Shown here one piece after another: positions 19,681 to 29,231 of a stretch of 64,000 nt of DNA. The stretch covers positions 96,001-160,000 of the IMG/VR virus record IMGVR_UViG_3300033068_001704. One strand, 5' to 3'. The DNA is from a virus (taxonomy: Duplodnaviria > Caudoviricetes). How positions within the stretch are numbered: position 1 is the first letter of the stretch; each line of letters starts with the position of its first letter. Position numbers and translations under genes: made by a program. The notes under the pieces were generated by a model. That model worked only from the letters and a program-made list of their open reading frames with translations. It made no database searches and had not been told where the DNA came from.

Positions 19681-20715
19681 ATGGCGAAGAGCGACAGCAC
19701 CGACGAGAAGCGCACCGACGAGAAGATGGGTGTGGGACTCGACGTTGGGACGATGAATCTGGTGTCGGCACGCCGCACCCCGAAGGGTGTCGAGACGCGT
19801 CGGATGCGGGATGCGTTCCTTGATCTTCCCCCCGAGTCGAAGAAGATGCTGAAGCTCTCGGGCGTCAGCTACATCGATCGGGGGGATGAGATCCTCATCC
19901 TCGGAGACGCGGCTCTCGACACCGCGAACATCTTCGGTCGCGAGGCACGCCGACCGCTCTCGGGTGGTCTCGTCTCCTCGTCCGAGGTGGATTCGTTGGA
20001 GGTGCTGGGCCTCCTCATCCGCAACGTGCTCGGGGAGCCCAAGGAGAAGGGGGAGCACTGCTACTTCTCGGTGCCGGCAGCCCCGATCGATCTCGTGGGT
20101 CGGGACGTGGTCTACCACCGAGGTATCTTCGAGCGCATCGTGTCGGAGTGCGGGTACACCCCGACTTCCAGCAACGAGGCGATGGCGATCATCTACTCGG
20201 AGGCGGCGAAGGACAACTTCTCCGGCATCGCGATCTCGTTCGGTTCGGGCATGAGCAACGTCGCGCTCGCCGTGAACACGATCGAGGGCCTGACGTTCTC
20301 GGTCGGCCGTGGGGGTGACTGGATCGACTCAGGGGCGGCGAAGTCCCTCGGGTCCACTCAGGCACGCATCTGCTCGATCAAGGAGAAGGGCATCGACCTG
20401 AACGCCCCGGTGGGTCGTGACCAGGAGGCGCTCGCCTTCTACTACAAGAACCTCATCGAGTACGTGCTCGACCAGATCGCGGCGCAGTTCAAGTCCATCG
20501 AGGGCAAGTTCGCTCTGCCCAAGGCCATCCCGATCATCATCTCGGGTGGCACCTCGAAGGCGGGTGGGTTCACCGAGTTCTTCACCTCGGTCTTCGAGAA
20601 GAAGCGGAAGAAGTTCCCGATCGACGTGAGTGAGATCCGCGCAGCCAGCGACCCGCTCAACGCAGTGGCGAACGGACTGCTCGTTCAGGCGCTTCAGGAG
20701 TACACCGACGACTGA
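19681..20715 (+). CDS. Actin-superfamily ATPase (MreB/MamK/Alp-like)
   Basis: GLDVGT (phosphate 1), NEAMA (connect 1), SFGSG (phosphate 2), GGDWID, ISGGTS (adenosine), DPLNAVANG (connect 2). Confidence 0.9.
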   Translation: MAKSDSTDEKRTDEKMGVGLDVGTMNLVSARRTPKGVETRRMRDAFLDLPPESKKMLKLSGVSYIDRGDEILILGDAALDTANIFGREARRPLSGGLVSSSEVDSLEVLGLLIRNVLGEPKEKGEHCYFSVPAAPIDLVGRDVVYHRGIFERIVSECGYTPTSSNEAMAIIYSEAAKDNFSGIAISFGSGMSNVALAVNTIEGLTFSVGRGGDWIDSGAAKSLGSTQARICSIKEKGIDLNAPVGRDQEALAFYYKNLIEYVLDQIAAQFKSIEGKFALPKAIPIIISGGTSKAGGFTEFFTSVFEKKRKKFPIDVSEIRAASDPLNAVANGLLVQALQEYTDD

Positions 20716-20765
20716 TGGGTGGGAGGTCTAGGCCTCCTGATCCACCTATCGATTCTCAGGTTGAG

Positions 20766-21887
20766 ATGTACTTCTTTCTGACGAGCGCGGTAAAAAACCG
20801 CTTCATCCTGGAGCTTCGCAAGTTCTGGTCGCTGAATCCTCGGTACCAGGACTTGATTGACAACATCCAGGGGAAGTACGGCTTCTCAGAGAGACCTCAG
20901 TACGGGATCATCGTCAAGGCGGGGTCGGCGTCCCGGGTCCAGTTCTCGGCCGACAATTTCCTGGGGACTGGCTTCAGCTACGCAGCTTTGGCCAAGATCC
21001 CGGGATCCCCTGGTTTGTCGGTCGAATGGGTCCGAGAGGACTCTATCGCCATCCGGAACAACGGTGGGTTCCCGTCCCCTGCGGGCGTGTACTACTGCGA
21101 GATGACGGCGGAAGACGAATTCCACGTTGACCCGCTGCTCGACGTCCACGACGAGAGGCTCACGCTCACCACCAGCACCGAGGGCACGCTCCAGCAGGTT
21201 CCTGTTGGTGGGAGCCTCCGACTGTTCGAGATCCCGAGCGGCCGTCTCCTGAGGCCTGAGACCGACTACACCGTGGGGTCTGACGGGGTGACGATCCACC
21301 TCGCCGCAGACGTGCTGCCTGGAACGTCGATTTCGGCGGACTATCGGTACGCCGGGGAGACAACGGGACCTTGGAAGGTCCTCCCGCAGTCTGGACTCAA
21401 CAAGCCCATCCCTGGTGTGGTGATGGTGTTCGGTCGTAGGTACCGCCTGGGGGACAAATGGGCGGTCATCATCAACCCGACGCGTGAGCCGGCCTACCTC
21501 CTCTACGGAGGAAAGTGGGAGCTTGGTCTCGATCTCGACATCATTTCGAGAGACCCTGAGGCACAGATGGAGATTGCCGATCAGACGGCGATGTACCTGT
21601 GGGCGAGCCTCCGTTCGAGTCTCGTGGACGAGGGGATCGACATCCAGGACGTGTCGATGACCGGTGAGTCGGAAGAGATCTACGACGAGACCGGAGACGA
21701 TTACTACTACAACGCCTCCCTCTCCATGACGGTCCAGACCGACTGGTTCCTCGCGACCCCGATTCTTCCGCGTCTCCTGGCGTACCAGGAGACGATCAAG
21801 AACCTGAGCGACGCGTCGTCCTTGGCCCCCTTCCAGGACCCTTACTTCAGCGCCGGCAAACTCACCTCTTTCGAGATGGTGAAGTGA
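20766..21887 (+). CDS. Putative tail terminator/completion protein with Ig-like insert
   Basis: Position before sheath; YPxIIV-like start and C-terminal LDIISRD..YNASLSMTV; start set to MYFFL. Confidence 0.5.
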   Translation: MYFFLTSAVKNRFILELRKFWSLNPRYQDLIDNIQGKYGFSERPQYGIIVKAGSASRVQFSADNFLGTGFSYAALAKIPGSPGLSVEWVREDSIAIRNNGGFPSPAGVYYCEMTAEDEFHVDPLLDVHDERLTLTTSTEGTLQQVPVGGSLRLFEIPSGRLLRPETDYTVGSDGVTIHLAADVLPGTSISADYRYAGETTGPWKVLPQSGLNKPIPGVVMVFGRRYRLGDKWAVIINPTREPAYLLYGGKWELGLDLDIISRDPEAQMEIADQTAMYLWASLRSSLVDEGIDIQDVSMTGESEEIYDETGDDYYYNASLSMTVQTDWFLATPILPRLLAYQETIKNLSDASSLAPFQDPYFSAGKLTSFEMVK

Positions 21888-21966
21888 CCGAGCCCTACGA
21901 AGCCGAATAGCGAACAGGGTTGATCGCTAGACCCTCTATATGACCGGGCTAGGGGCAGAGGCTCCT

Positions 21967-22437
21967 ATTCCGGTCTTTCGCTACCAGTGCTCGTCATGCG
22001 GGCTGAACTTCTCGGCTCGGGTCGCTTCGGCCACGAGTTCGGTGAAGTGCGGCTGTGGTGAAACGGTGGAGAGAGATCTCCCCCGTTCATTCTCCGTGAG
22101 CACCAAGGTGGCTGGAGACGGGATCTCGGCTCCCGCCACGGGGCTGTCGGGGCACGACTACGAGATTGACCGGATTGTTGGATCTGATGCCCAGACGAAG
22201 TGGGATCAGATCGCCGCCCGCCAGAAGGACAAGGTTCGGATGATCGAAGAGAGCGGAGCCACTGGCTTCGATCTCTCTCGGAATCCGGATGGTTCCTACC
22301 GAGTGATGAAGCCTGAGGAACGGGCTGCATCCGAACGGTCCCGCAACTTCCACTTCAAGATGCAAGACCGTCTTGAACAGGTAGTTCCGGCAGAGGTCCT
22401 CTACGGGCCCCGCAAAACTCCGCAGAAACAGGCCTAA
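21967..22437 (+). CDS. FmdB-like zinc-ribbon protein (possible ATT start; alternative ATG at 21940)
   Basis: (M)PVFRYQCSSCG..F...VKCGCG..VER matches the MPxYxYxCxxCG pattern. Confidence 0.75.
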   Translation: MPVFRYQCSSCGLNFSARVASATSSVKCGCGETVERDLPRSFSVSTKVAGDGISAPATGLSGHDYEIDRIVGSDAQTKWDQIAARQKDKVRMIEESGATGFDLSRNPDGSYRVMKPEERAASERSRNFHFKMQDRLEQVVPAEVLYGPRKTPQKQA

Positions 22438-22522
22438 CAACCTGTTTCTCTCCCGGCTCGCCTAGGGCGAACCGTGGTCAAGACCGACAGACATACGCAC
22501 GCATCTCCCGCGCTTTTCGTTT

Positions 22523-22544
22523 CCTCTCCGATAGCTCGGAGAGG
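22523..22544 (+). promoter_or_regulatory. Hairpin in the sheath gene leader
   Basis: CCTCTCCGA-TAGC-TCGGAGAGG, perfect 9-bp stem. Confidence 0.5.
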
Positions 22545-22579
22545 TTTGGAATTACCCCGTTCTCAGGAGCGCGCGAAAC

Positions 22580-25500
22580 ATGCCGAGTCTTCTCCGTGGA
22601 GGGTACGCCCCGCCGGGCGTCTACACCCAGACCTCTTTCGGCGTCCCGCCGTCCCCGACGCCGGTACCGCCCCGTATTCCCGTGTTCGTTGGCACGGGTG
22701 TCGAGATCCTCTCTCGATCGAACCTCCCGCTCGTTCGAGGTTCTTCCTCGACCATCGACCAGCAGGTCGTGGATGAAGACGAGGCGGGTCGCGCCGTCGT
22801 GAGTGTGTCCGGCAGTGGGCTGGTGACGCTCGGCGAGTTCGAGGGCACCCTCACTCGCTTCCAGGTCCGCAACTTCCCGATCGTCTCGGGGGCGGGCACT
22901 GGCACGGTCGCAACCGACGCCAGCGCGGTCTCGGTTCGCATCAACGGCCTCCCGGTCGTCGTGCTCGGTCTCGATGCCACCAAGGGCATCGTCGAGATCG
23001 CTCAGGCACCGTCGGCGAGCGACGTCGTGCGATGCACGTACTTCTTCGACCGCACCGACACCATCGCCACCGACGACCTGTCTGATCAGGTCACGGCAGA
23101 GGCAGCGGTCCTCAACGGCCTCGCGGGTCAGAGCTTCTCGTTCACCGCGGGTGTGAACGACGTGTTCCGCATCGCGGTGGACGGCCTCGCAGAGGTCGCG
23201 ATCGTTCTCCCCTCGTCCTCCCCTACGGTCTCGGCTGCGATCGTCGCGGCGACGCTGAGTGGAGCGGCGGGCATCGGGTCGCTCGTCGCCTCGACGTACG
23301 TGAACAACCTCGGGCTGGTGTGCCTTCGCCTGACTGCCGACAAGTCGATCCGCATCGGCACCGGCACGGCGAACACGACCCTCGGGTTCGTGCCGAACGC
23401 GCAGACCTCGCGCAACCGCGTGTTCTACACGTTCAACGGTCCGATCGTGGACGGATCGGGGGGTGGTGTCACGACCACCAACCCGTCGGATGTCGTCGTC
23501 CTCGTGGACAACGTCCAGGTCATCCCGACCTCGGTCAACGGGTCGAACCGGTCGGTGACGCTCCCCTACGCCCCGGCGATGGGCTCGAAGGTCACGGTCC
23601 GCTACTCCCACAACTCGTGGCAGGACACGTTCGACTACCTCGCGAACATCGGCGTGACGCGCATCACGCGCACCGCGCTCACTCCCGAGGGCTCGACGGC
23701 CGGCACGTTCATCCAGGGCGTCTCGTACGTCCTGAAGGACGACGCGATCGTCTGGGGAACGTCGGCGCTCGTCTCGGCCGGCACCCACACCGAGGGCGGG
23801 GAGATCTTCGGGACTTCCCAGATCTCGGCGATGCTGGTGGACAACCAGGCCTTCCTCGCGCCGTGCTCCAGCACGACTGACACCAGTGGCTCGGTCTCGA
23901 TCGAGAGCCGGACGGTCTTCCAGCTCCCGTTCCAGCCGACGACCGGCAACGGCCGTGGCAACCCGCTCGGGTCGGACTACCTGACGATCTCGAACGGTCG
24001 GATGGACCTTCCGACCACCCGCCCGGACCTGATCACGGCGTACTGGGGCTTCGGCGTCCAGGATGCACTCACCCGCGGCCCGGTGACGGTCCTCAAGGTG
24101 GACAGCGACACGTCGCGGATCACGCTCGCATCGAGCGTTCCGGATGGCGCCGAGGTCTTCGCGACCTTCTACTACAACACGCTCGTCGATCAGGCGAACG
24201 TCGGGTCCAGCTCGGGCTACGAGATCTCCTCGCTGCTCGCTGGCCCCGGTGGCATGGGCACCTTCCAGATCGCGGACGGCGAGGGCAACTCGCTCTACGG
24301 GGTCTCGCTCACCGGCAAGGGCTCGGACCTCGCGACGGTGGACGTGGTCTTCCCGAGCGGTTCGGAGTTCTTCCCCGACGCGCGCATCGAGGGCGGTGAG
24401 GCGGTCGAGGAGACCGTCACGGTCGAGTTCGCAACGTCGGATGCGACCCCCGCGCGGTTCGTGAACCTCGGGCCGGCTCCGTACTACACGATCGACAACA
24501 CGTCGGACCGCCTCCGGGTGACGTTCGATGCGTCGGCTTCGCAGACCGGCGTCGCAGGTGGTGTCGATCTCTCGTCCCCGACGGGTGCGACGCGCGCAGG
24601 TGCCTTCGCTCACCTTCTCGGTGAAGAGATCGCGTACGAGGCGGACTCGGGCCAGACGACGTTCGACCTCACCTCGGGTGTGGACGACACCGTCAACTTC
24701 GTGGTGGACGGCGTGCCGCTCTCGGCTTCGACCGGCACCGTGTCCAGCGCAACGGCCGCGACCTTCGTCGCAGCGATCAACGCAGAGGCGATGGAAGCGG
24801 GCAACGAGCCCCGCTACGACGCGGCGGGTGTCTTCACCGGCATCACCATCGCGGTGAACGAGTACGACCAGCTCACGATGCACTACACCGGTTCGACCGG
24901 GGGTGCCTCGGGCAACCAGGCGATCACGATCGCTCCGGGAACCTACGCCTCGGTCGGTTCGCTCGTCACGCAGATCAACACGCAGCTCTCGACGATCAAC
25001 GGCCCGGTCGGTGGTCTCGGCGGTGAAGTGACCTGCTCGGCGCTCTCGTCGGGTCGGCTGCGCTTCTCGCTCATGACGGAGCGCGCAAGCAGCGTCCTGA
25101 CCTTCGTGTCGAACCCGCTCAACGCCACGACGGCCACGATCGGTGGGAAGGTCTACACCTTCCAGACCGTGCTGACCGACGTGGACGGCAACGTCCTGAT
25201 CGGGGCGGCGGCAACCAACACGCTCGACAACCTGATCGCGGCGATCACGCTCGGCGCCGGTGCTGGCACCACCTACGCGACATCGACGACCCTTCACCCC
25301 ACCGTCACGGCGGCAGCGGGTGCGGGCGACACGATGCGGGCAACCGCGAAGTCCGCCGGGACGGCAGGCAACGCCATCACCACCACGACGACCGTGGCGG
25401 GTGCAACCTGGACGGGCGCGACGCTCGCCGGGGCGGACGAGGCCGGCTACCTGGAGTTCATCACGAACGCCAGCGCGGCCCGTGACTTCGCCATCCTCGC

Positions 25501-27886
25501 AGGCATCGACACCGACTCGGCCGCGGGCGGAAACCAGTCGAAGCTCTACCAGGGCCCGATCGCTCGCCGCTTCACGGTGGCAACGACCGGTGGGCGCCTC
25601 GCCTACGACCGCATCCTCCTCCGCAACCGCCTCTTCCCGGGTGGAAGCTCGGTCGCACACGAGAACGTGCTCTCGCAGGCTGGGATCACCCTCCAGGGTG
25701 GTACCGGCGCCGCGAAGGCAGGTCTCCTCGGTGGTGTGACCGGAGAGGCTGTGTTCGGGGCGAACGTGAAGGCTCCCTCGATCTTCGCGCAGACCGGATG
25801 GTCGAGCGGACAGGTGGCGGCGCTGACCTTCGGGGATGCACGCGACAGCCAGCCGCTGGTCACGTTCTACGACGGGTCCGACCCGTCGAACCCGGCGAAC
25901 GATCTCCTGACCTTCACGGCAGGCGGGTCCCTCGTCACAACGGTCTTCACGGCTTCGAGCAGCGGGACGGACACCGCGCTCGGCCCGGTCACCGAGGCTG
26001 ACTCGGTCCTCGGGCAGATCAACGCGGCGATCGTCGCGGCGGGTCTCTCGGCGGTCGTGAGTGTGCGCCAGGAGGGTGCGGGCTTCCGCATCGTCGGTGG
26101 TGGCGTCGGCCCGACCGGCAACCTGACCATCGGGGCGGGTTCGGCGAACGACACCCTCGGTCTGTCCGAGGATGACACGGCGGCACCGGTGCCGGTCTCG
26201 GCGAAGCAGATGGCGAGCGCCCTCATGGGTCACGCTCAGGCGCCTGGTTCGTTCTCGACGGCGATGCTCGACTACGACACGCCCGACGCGAGCTACTTCG
26301 CGGGGCGAGCGCTCGCATGGGTCGCGACTGATTCGACTGGCAACGAGTTCCTCTACCTCCAGAGCCAGACGCTCGGGACCTCGTCCAGCATCGACTTCCA
26401 GGATGCGACCTCGAACAACGCCTTCGTGACCGGGACCCAGCTCCTGATCACGGCGGATGACGGGGCATCGGGAGAGGCCACCACGGACGGCTTCTTCGTC
26501 GTCAGCTCGAACCCGAGCGCGGGCTCCGGCTCGGCGAACACCTCGGTGTTCAACGCCGGTGTGGGTCAGGACGGCGTCGTCGGCCAGACCTACATGGACG
26601 ACGTCTCGGGCCTGACGTTCACCATCCTGCCCCGTGATGGCGGGATCCCGTACCCGACGGGTGCGAACGCGACCCTGTCGTTCCGCGTCTCGAAGACCTT
26701 CCTGACCGATGGCAACATCCCGACCCTCGCGGTCCCGGGCATCGAGCTGACGGTGACGAACACCTCGGGCGTCGCGACGGGTGACACCGCCTTCGTCGAG
26801 ACCTTCAAGAAGTCCGGCGCGGAGCCGAGCATCGGGCAGGTCTACTACGTCTCGTACGACTACGAGAAGCAGAACTTCTCCCCGAAGCTCTTCTCGAAGC
26901 TGTCGGACGTCGTCGCCGAGTACGGGCCGGTGAGCACGGACAACCCGCTCTCGCTCGCGGCCTACATCGCCTTCCTGAACGGGTCGAGCGTCATCGGTAC
27001 CTACCAGGTGCGGAAGGCGACCAACTCGTCCCAGGCGAGCGCGCAGGCGTACCTCGACGCGCTGGTCGAGCTGGAGGGCGCCTCGCTCCCCGGCAACATC
27101 AACCCGACGGTGCTCGCCCTGCTGACCCCGGCGACTGCGGACCTCGCGAAGCAGACCGCGATCCACTGCGACATCCAGTCGTCCATCCGGTACCGCGCAG
27201 AGCGGACGGCGGTCTTCGGATACGCATCGGGCACGCAGCCGGCGCAGGCGGGTCTCATCTCGCAGGCGGCAGGTTCGACGCGCGTCCGGTTCGTCTACCC
27301 GGACATCGCGACCCTCACCCTCACCGACGTCCTCGGGAACTCCCGTGAGTCCCTCGTGGACGGTCGGTACATCGCGGCGGCGGTCGCTGCGAACACGACG
27401 GCTCCGAGCATCGACTCGGCAACCCCCTGGACGGGTCGCCTCCTGTCGGGCTTCACGTCCCTCGGACGTCGGCTCGATGCGGTGGCAGCCAACCAGGTCG
27501 CGGCTCGCGGCGTGACCGTGGTCGAGGATCGCCTGCCCTTCCTTCGGATCCGGCACGGCCTCACCTCGGACATGACCAACGTCCTGACCAAGACGCCGAC
27601 GGTCATCCAGATCGCCGACGACATGCAGCGTCGGGCGCGTGCGGTTCTCGACCCCTTCATCGGTGTCAAGTTCCTCCCGCAGATCCTCGGTCAGATCGAG
27701 GGTCAGCTCAGCGAGATGTTCAAGCGCGCTGTGCAGGAGCAGATCATCACCTCCTTCACGGGCATCAGCGTCGCTGTCGATCCCGAGGATCCGACCGCGG
27801 TTCTGGTCGAGGCGTACTACGTCCCGGTCTTCCCGCTGCTCTACATCCAGCTCTCGTTCCGAGTCTCGGCCCAGTCGAGCTTCTGA
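22580..27886 (+). CDS. Contractile tail sheath protein with very large insertion
   Basis: N-terminal YAPPGVYTQ, P..PVFVG; C-terminal YG..NPLSLAA, IRHGLT, V...Y.PVFPLLYI; lies upstream of the tube. Confidence 0.92.
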   Translation: MPSLLRGGYAPPGVYTQTSFGVPPSPTPVPPRIPVFVGTGVEILSRSNLPLVRGSSSTIDQQVVDEDEAGRAVVSVSGSGLVTLGEFEGTLTRFQVRNFPIVSGAGTGTVATDASAVSVRINGLPVVVLGLDATKGIVEIAQAPSASDVVRCTYFFDRTDTIATDDLSDQVTAEAAVLNGLAGQSFSFTAGVNDVFRIAVDGLAEVAIVLPSSSPTVSAAIVAATLSGAAGIGSLVASTYVNNLGLVCLRLTADKSIRIGTGTANTTLGFVPNAQTSRNRVFYTFNGPIVDGSGGGVTTTNPSDVVVLVDNVQVIPTSVNGSNRSVTLPYAPAMGSKVTVRYSHNSWQDTFDYLANIGVTRITRTALTPEGSTAGTFIQGVSYVLKDDAIVWGTSALVSAGTHTEGGEIFGTSQISAMLVDNQAFLAPCSSTTDTSGSVSIESRTVFQLPFQPTTGNGRGNPLGSDYLTISNGRMDLPTTRPDLITAYWGFGVQDALTRGPVTVLKVDSDTSRITLASSVPDGAEVFATFYYNTLVDQANVGSSSGYEISSLLAGPGGMGTFQIADGEGNSLYGVSLTGKGSDLATVDVVFPSGSEFFPDARIEGGEAVEETVTVEFATSDATPARFVNLGPAPYYTIDNTSDRLRVTFDASASQTGVAGGVDLSSPTGATRAGAFAHLLGEEIAYEADSGQTTFDLTSGVDDTVNFVVDGVPLSASTGTVSSATAATFVAAINAEAMEAGNEPRYDAAGVFTGITIAVNEYDQLTMHYTGSTGGASGNQAITIAPGTYASVGSLVTQINTQLSTINGPVGGLGGEVTCSALSSGRLRFSLMTERASSVLTFVSNPLNATTATIGGKVYTFQTVLTDVDGNVLIGAAATNTLDNLIAAITLGAGAGTTYATSTTLHPTVTAAAGAGDTMRATAKSAGTAGNAITTTTTVAGATWTGATLAGADEAGYLEFITNASAARDFAILAGIDTDSAAGGNQSKLYQGPIARRFTVATTGGRLAYDRILLRNRLFPGGSSVAHENVLSQAGITLQGGTGAAKAGLLGGVTGEAVFGANVKAPSIFAQTGWSSGQVAALTFGDARDSQPLVTFYDGSDPSNPANDLLTFTAGGSLVTTVFTASSSGTDTALGPVTEADSVLGQINAAIVAAGLSAVVSVRQEGAGFRIVGGGVGPTGNLTIGAGSANDTLGLSEDDTAAPVPVSAKQMASALMGHAQAPGSFSTAMLDYDTPDASYFAGRALAWVATDSTGNEFLYLQSQTLGTSSSIDFQDATSNNAFVTGTQLLITADDGASGEATTDGFFVVSSNPSAGSGSANTSVFNAGVGQDGVVGQTYMDDVSGLTFTILPRDGGIPYPTGANATLSFRVSKTFLTDGNIPTLAVPGIELTVTNTSGVATGDTAFVETFKKSGAEPSIGQVYYVSYDYEKQNFSPKLFSKLSDVVAEYGPVSTDNPLSLAAYIAFLNGSSVIGTYQVRKATNSSQASAQAYLDALVELEGASLPGNINPTVLALLTPATADLAKQTAIHCDIQSSIRYRAERTAVFGYASGTQPAQAGLISQAAGSTRVRFVYPDIATLTLTDVLGNSRESLVDGRYIAAAVAANTTAPSIDSATPWTGRLLSGFTSLGRRLDAVAANQVAARGVTVVEDRLPFLRIRHGLTSDMTNVLTKTPTVIQIADDMQRRARAVLDPFIGVKFLPQILGQIEGQLSEMFKRAVQEQIITSFTGISVAVDPEDPTAVLVEAYYVPVFPLLYIQLSFRVSAQSSF

Positions 27887-27926
27887 TCTGAGCTGATAGC
27901 TCACCCGCGAGCGCGGGAGGAGTTCG

Positions 27927-27962
27927 GAGCCGCTCACGGAAACGTGGGCGGCTCTTTTCTTC
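27927..27962 (+). terminator. Intrinsic terminator after the sheath gene
   Basis: GAGCCGCTCACG-GAAA-CGTGGGCGGCTC-TTTTCTT. Confidence 0.85.
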
Positions 27963-27983
27963 TATATGGATGTGATTCGTGAG

Positions 27984-28322
27984 ATGGCGTCACTCAGAGC
28001 CCAAACAATCCGACTCGCACACGCGAAGCCGGAACTCCGTCCACATCTTCTCCCGCTCCTCAAGAGCGCGAAGATGCCTTGGGGTGGAGGCTCTGACGTC
28101 AACTGGGCGGAGATCGCAATGGTGGAACGCCACCGCCTCACGAGACGAGTCCGAGACCTGAAGAAGGCCGTCAGCACACTGCAAGAAGTGACGACGATCA
28201 TTCGGTCAGCGCCGGACGCTTCAGGGGATGAACTCCTGTTTGCGATGTCGCTCTTGAAGGCGGTCAACGAATCCATCCGAGCGATTCACCGCGACATCAA
28301 GGATGTACTTGGAATTCCCTGA
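27984..28322 (+). CDS. Tagged putative internal virion protein
   Basis: MASLRAQTIRLAHAKPELRPHLLPLLKSA followed by a helical segment; own TTCTATA element. Confidence 0.7.
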   Translation: MASLRAQTIRLAHAKPELRPHLLPLLKSAKMPWGGGSDVNWAEIAMVERHRLTRRVRDLKKAVSTLQEVTTIIRSAPDASGDELLFAMSLLKAVNESIRAIHRDIKDVLGIP

Positions 28323-28365
28323 GAAAATCGGGCCCTCACTCGATTCCCTATGAAAGGCGGTAGCC

Positions 28366-29145
28366 ATGGCGAACCAGGACGTGAACCCCTCTAACGGGAC
28401 TCAGGGAAGCTCGTATCTCTACGACTTCGGTACGAGCCCGAACACCCGCGTCGCGGTGAGCCAGAAGGTCCGCCTTCTTGCTCCGGCGTACGGGTCCGGA
28501 ACGAAGGCCCTCTTCCAGATGGGCGTCGTTTCGAGCTTCTCCCCGAGTCAGAGCCGGAACGTCGATACCGTTCGTGGTATCGGCTTCGGCGACACGATCG
28601 CCGAGCTGGTCCCGTCGGTGACCGAGCCGGTCACGGGTTCGCTCGAACGCGCGCTGCTGTACCTGTCCAACCTCTGGCAGGCAACCGGGTACGCAGGCGG
28701 CGTGGACGGCCCGGTGCGCTCTCTGGCGCACCACCGGTGGCCGTTCGACATCGAGCACCAGCTCGTGTTCAGCTCGCTCGCAGACCAGGACCTCGGTGTG
28801 GCGAACACGGGTCGGTCGGGCGCTGAGCGCTCGTTCGGGTCGGGCGTCCAGCGGATCACGTATCCGACGACGACCCTCCCCGATCCCCCGCTCTACGCTG
28901 GCGGCCCCCAGGGTCACTCGGCCATCGTCACGATGTACGAGGCGTGCTGGTTCACGAGCTGGTCGGCGACCTACTCGCAGGACGCGGGCCAGATCATGGA
29001 GCAGGGGGACGTGACCGTTTCGGACGTTCACGACTTCAGCTCGCTCTACGGGGAGTTCCTTCCCACGGGGAACGATCCCACGGTCGATCAGCTCGGCTCG
29101 ATCCGGTACGGCGGACCCTCGGGAGCGGCGACGCTCACGCCGTAA
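28366..29145 (+). CDS. Tail tube protein
   Basis: GVVSSFSPSQSR..VRGIG..ELVP, PFDI, MYEACWFTSWS..Y; position after sheath. Confidence 0.85.
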   Translation: MANQDVNPSNGTQGSSYLYDFGTSPNTRVAVSQKVRLLAPAYGSGTKALFQMGVVSSFSPSQSRNVDTVRGIGFGDTIAELVPSVTEPVTGSLERALLYLSNLWQATGYAGGVDGPVRSLAHHRWPFDIEHQLVFSSLADQDLGVANTGRSGAERSFGSGVQRITYPTTTLPDPPLYAGGPQGHSAIVTMYEACWFTSWSATYSQDAGQIMEQGDVTVSDVHDFSSLYGEFLPTGNDPTVDQLGSIRYGGPSGAATLTP

Positions 29146-29176
29146 GGCGCTGAGACCTTTCGGGTTCGGTAGAGTG

Positions 29177-29214
29177 CGGGGAGTCTCCAGGTCGGAGGCT
29201 CCCCGTCTCACTTT
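29177..29214 (+). terminator. Hairpin after the tube gene, probable attenuating terminator
   Basis: CGGGGAGTCTCC-AGGTC-GGAGGCTCCCCG with a weak U tract. Confidence 0.5.
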
Positions 29215-29231
29215 CAGGACCAGGAGACCCC

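Noticed and set aside
22478-27937. Very long antisense ORFs (1819 aa here; also 12482-15235, 31677-34574, 54192-56354, 7200-8786)
   Set aside because: Shadow frames of high-GC3 genes; R/G/V-rich with no motifs, and the opposite strand has clear function
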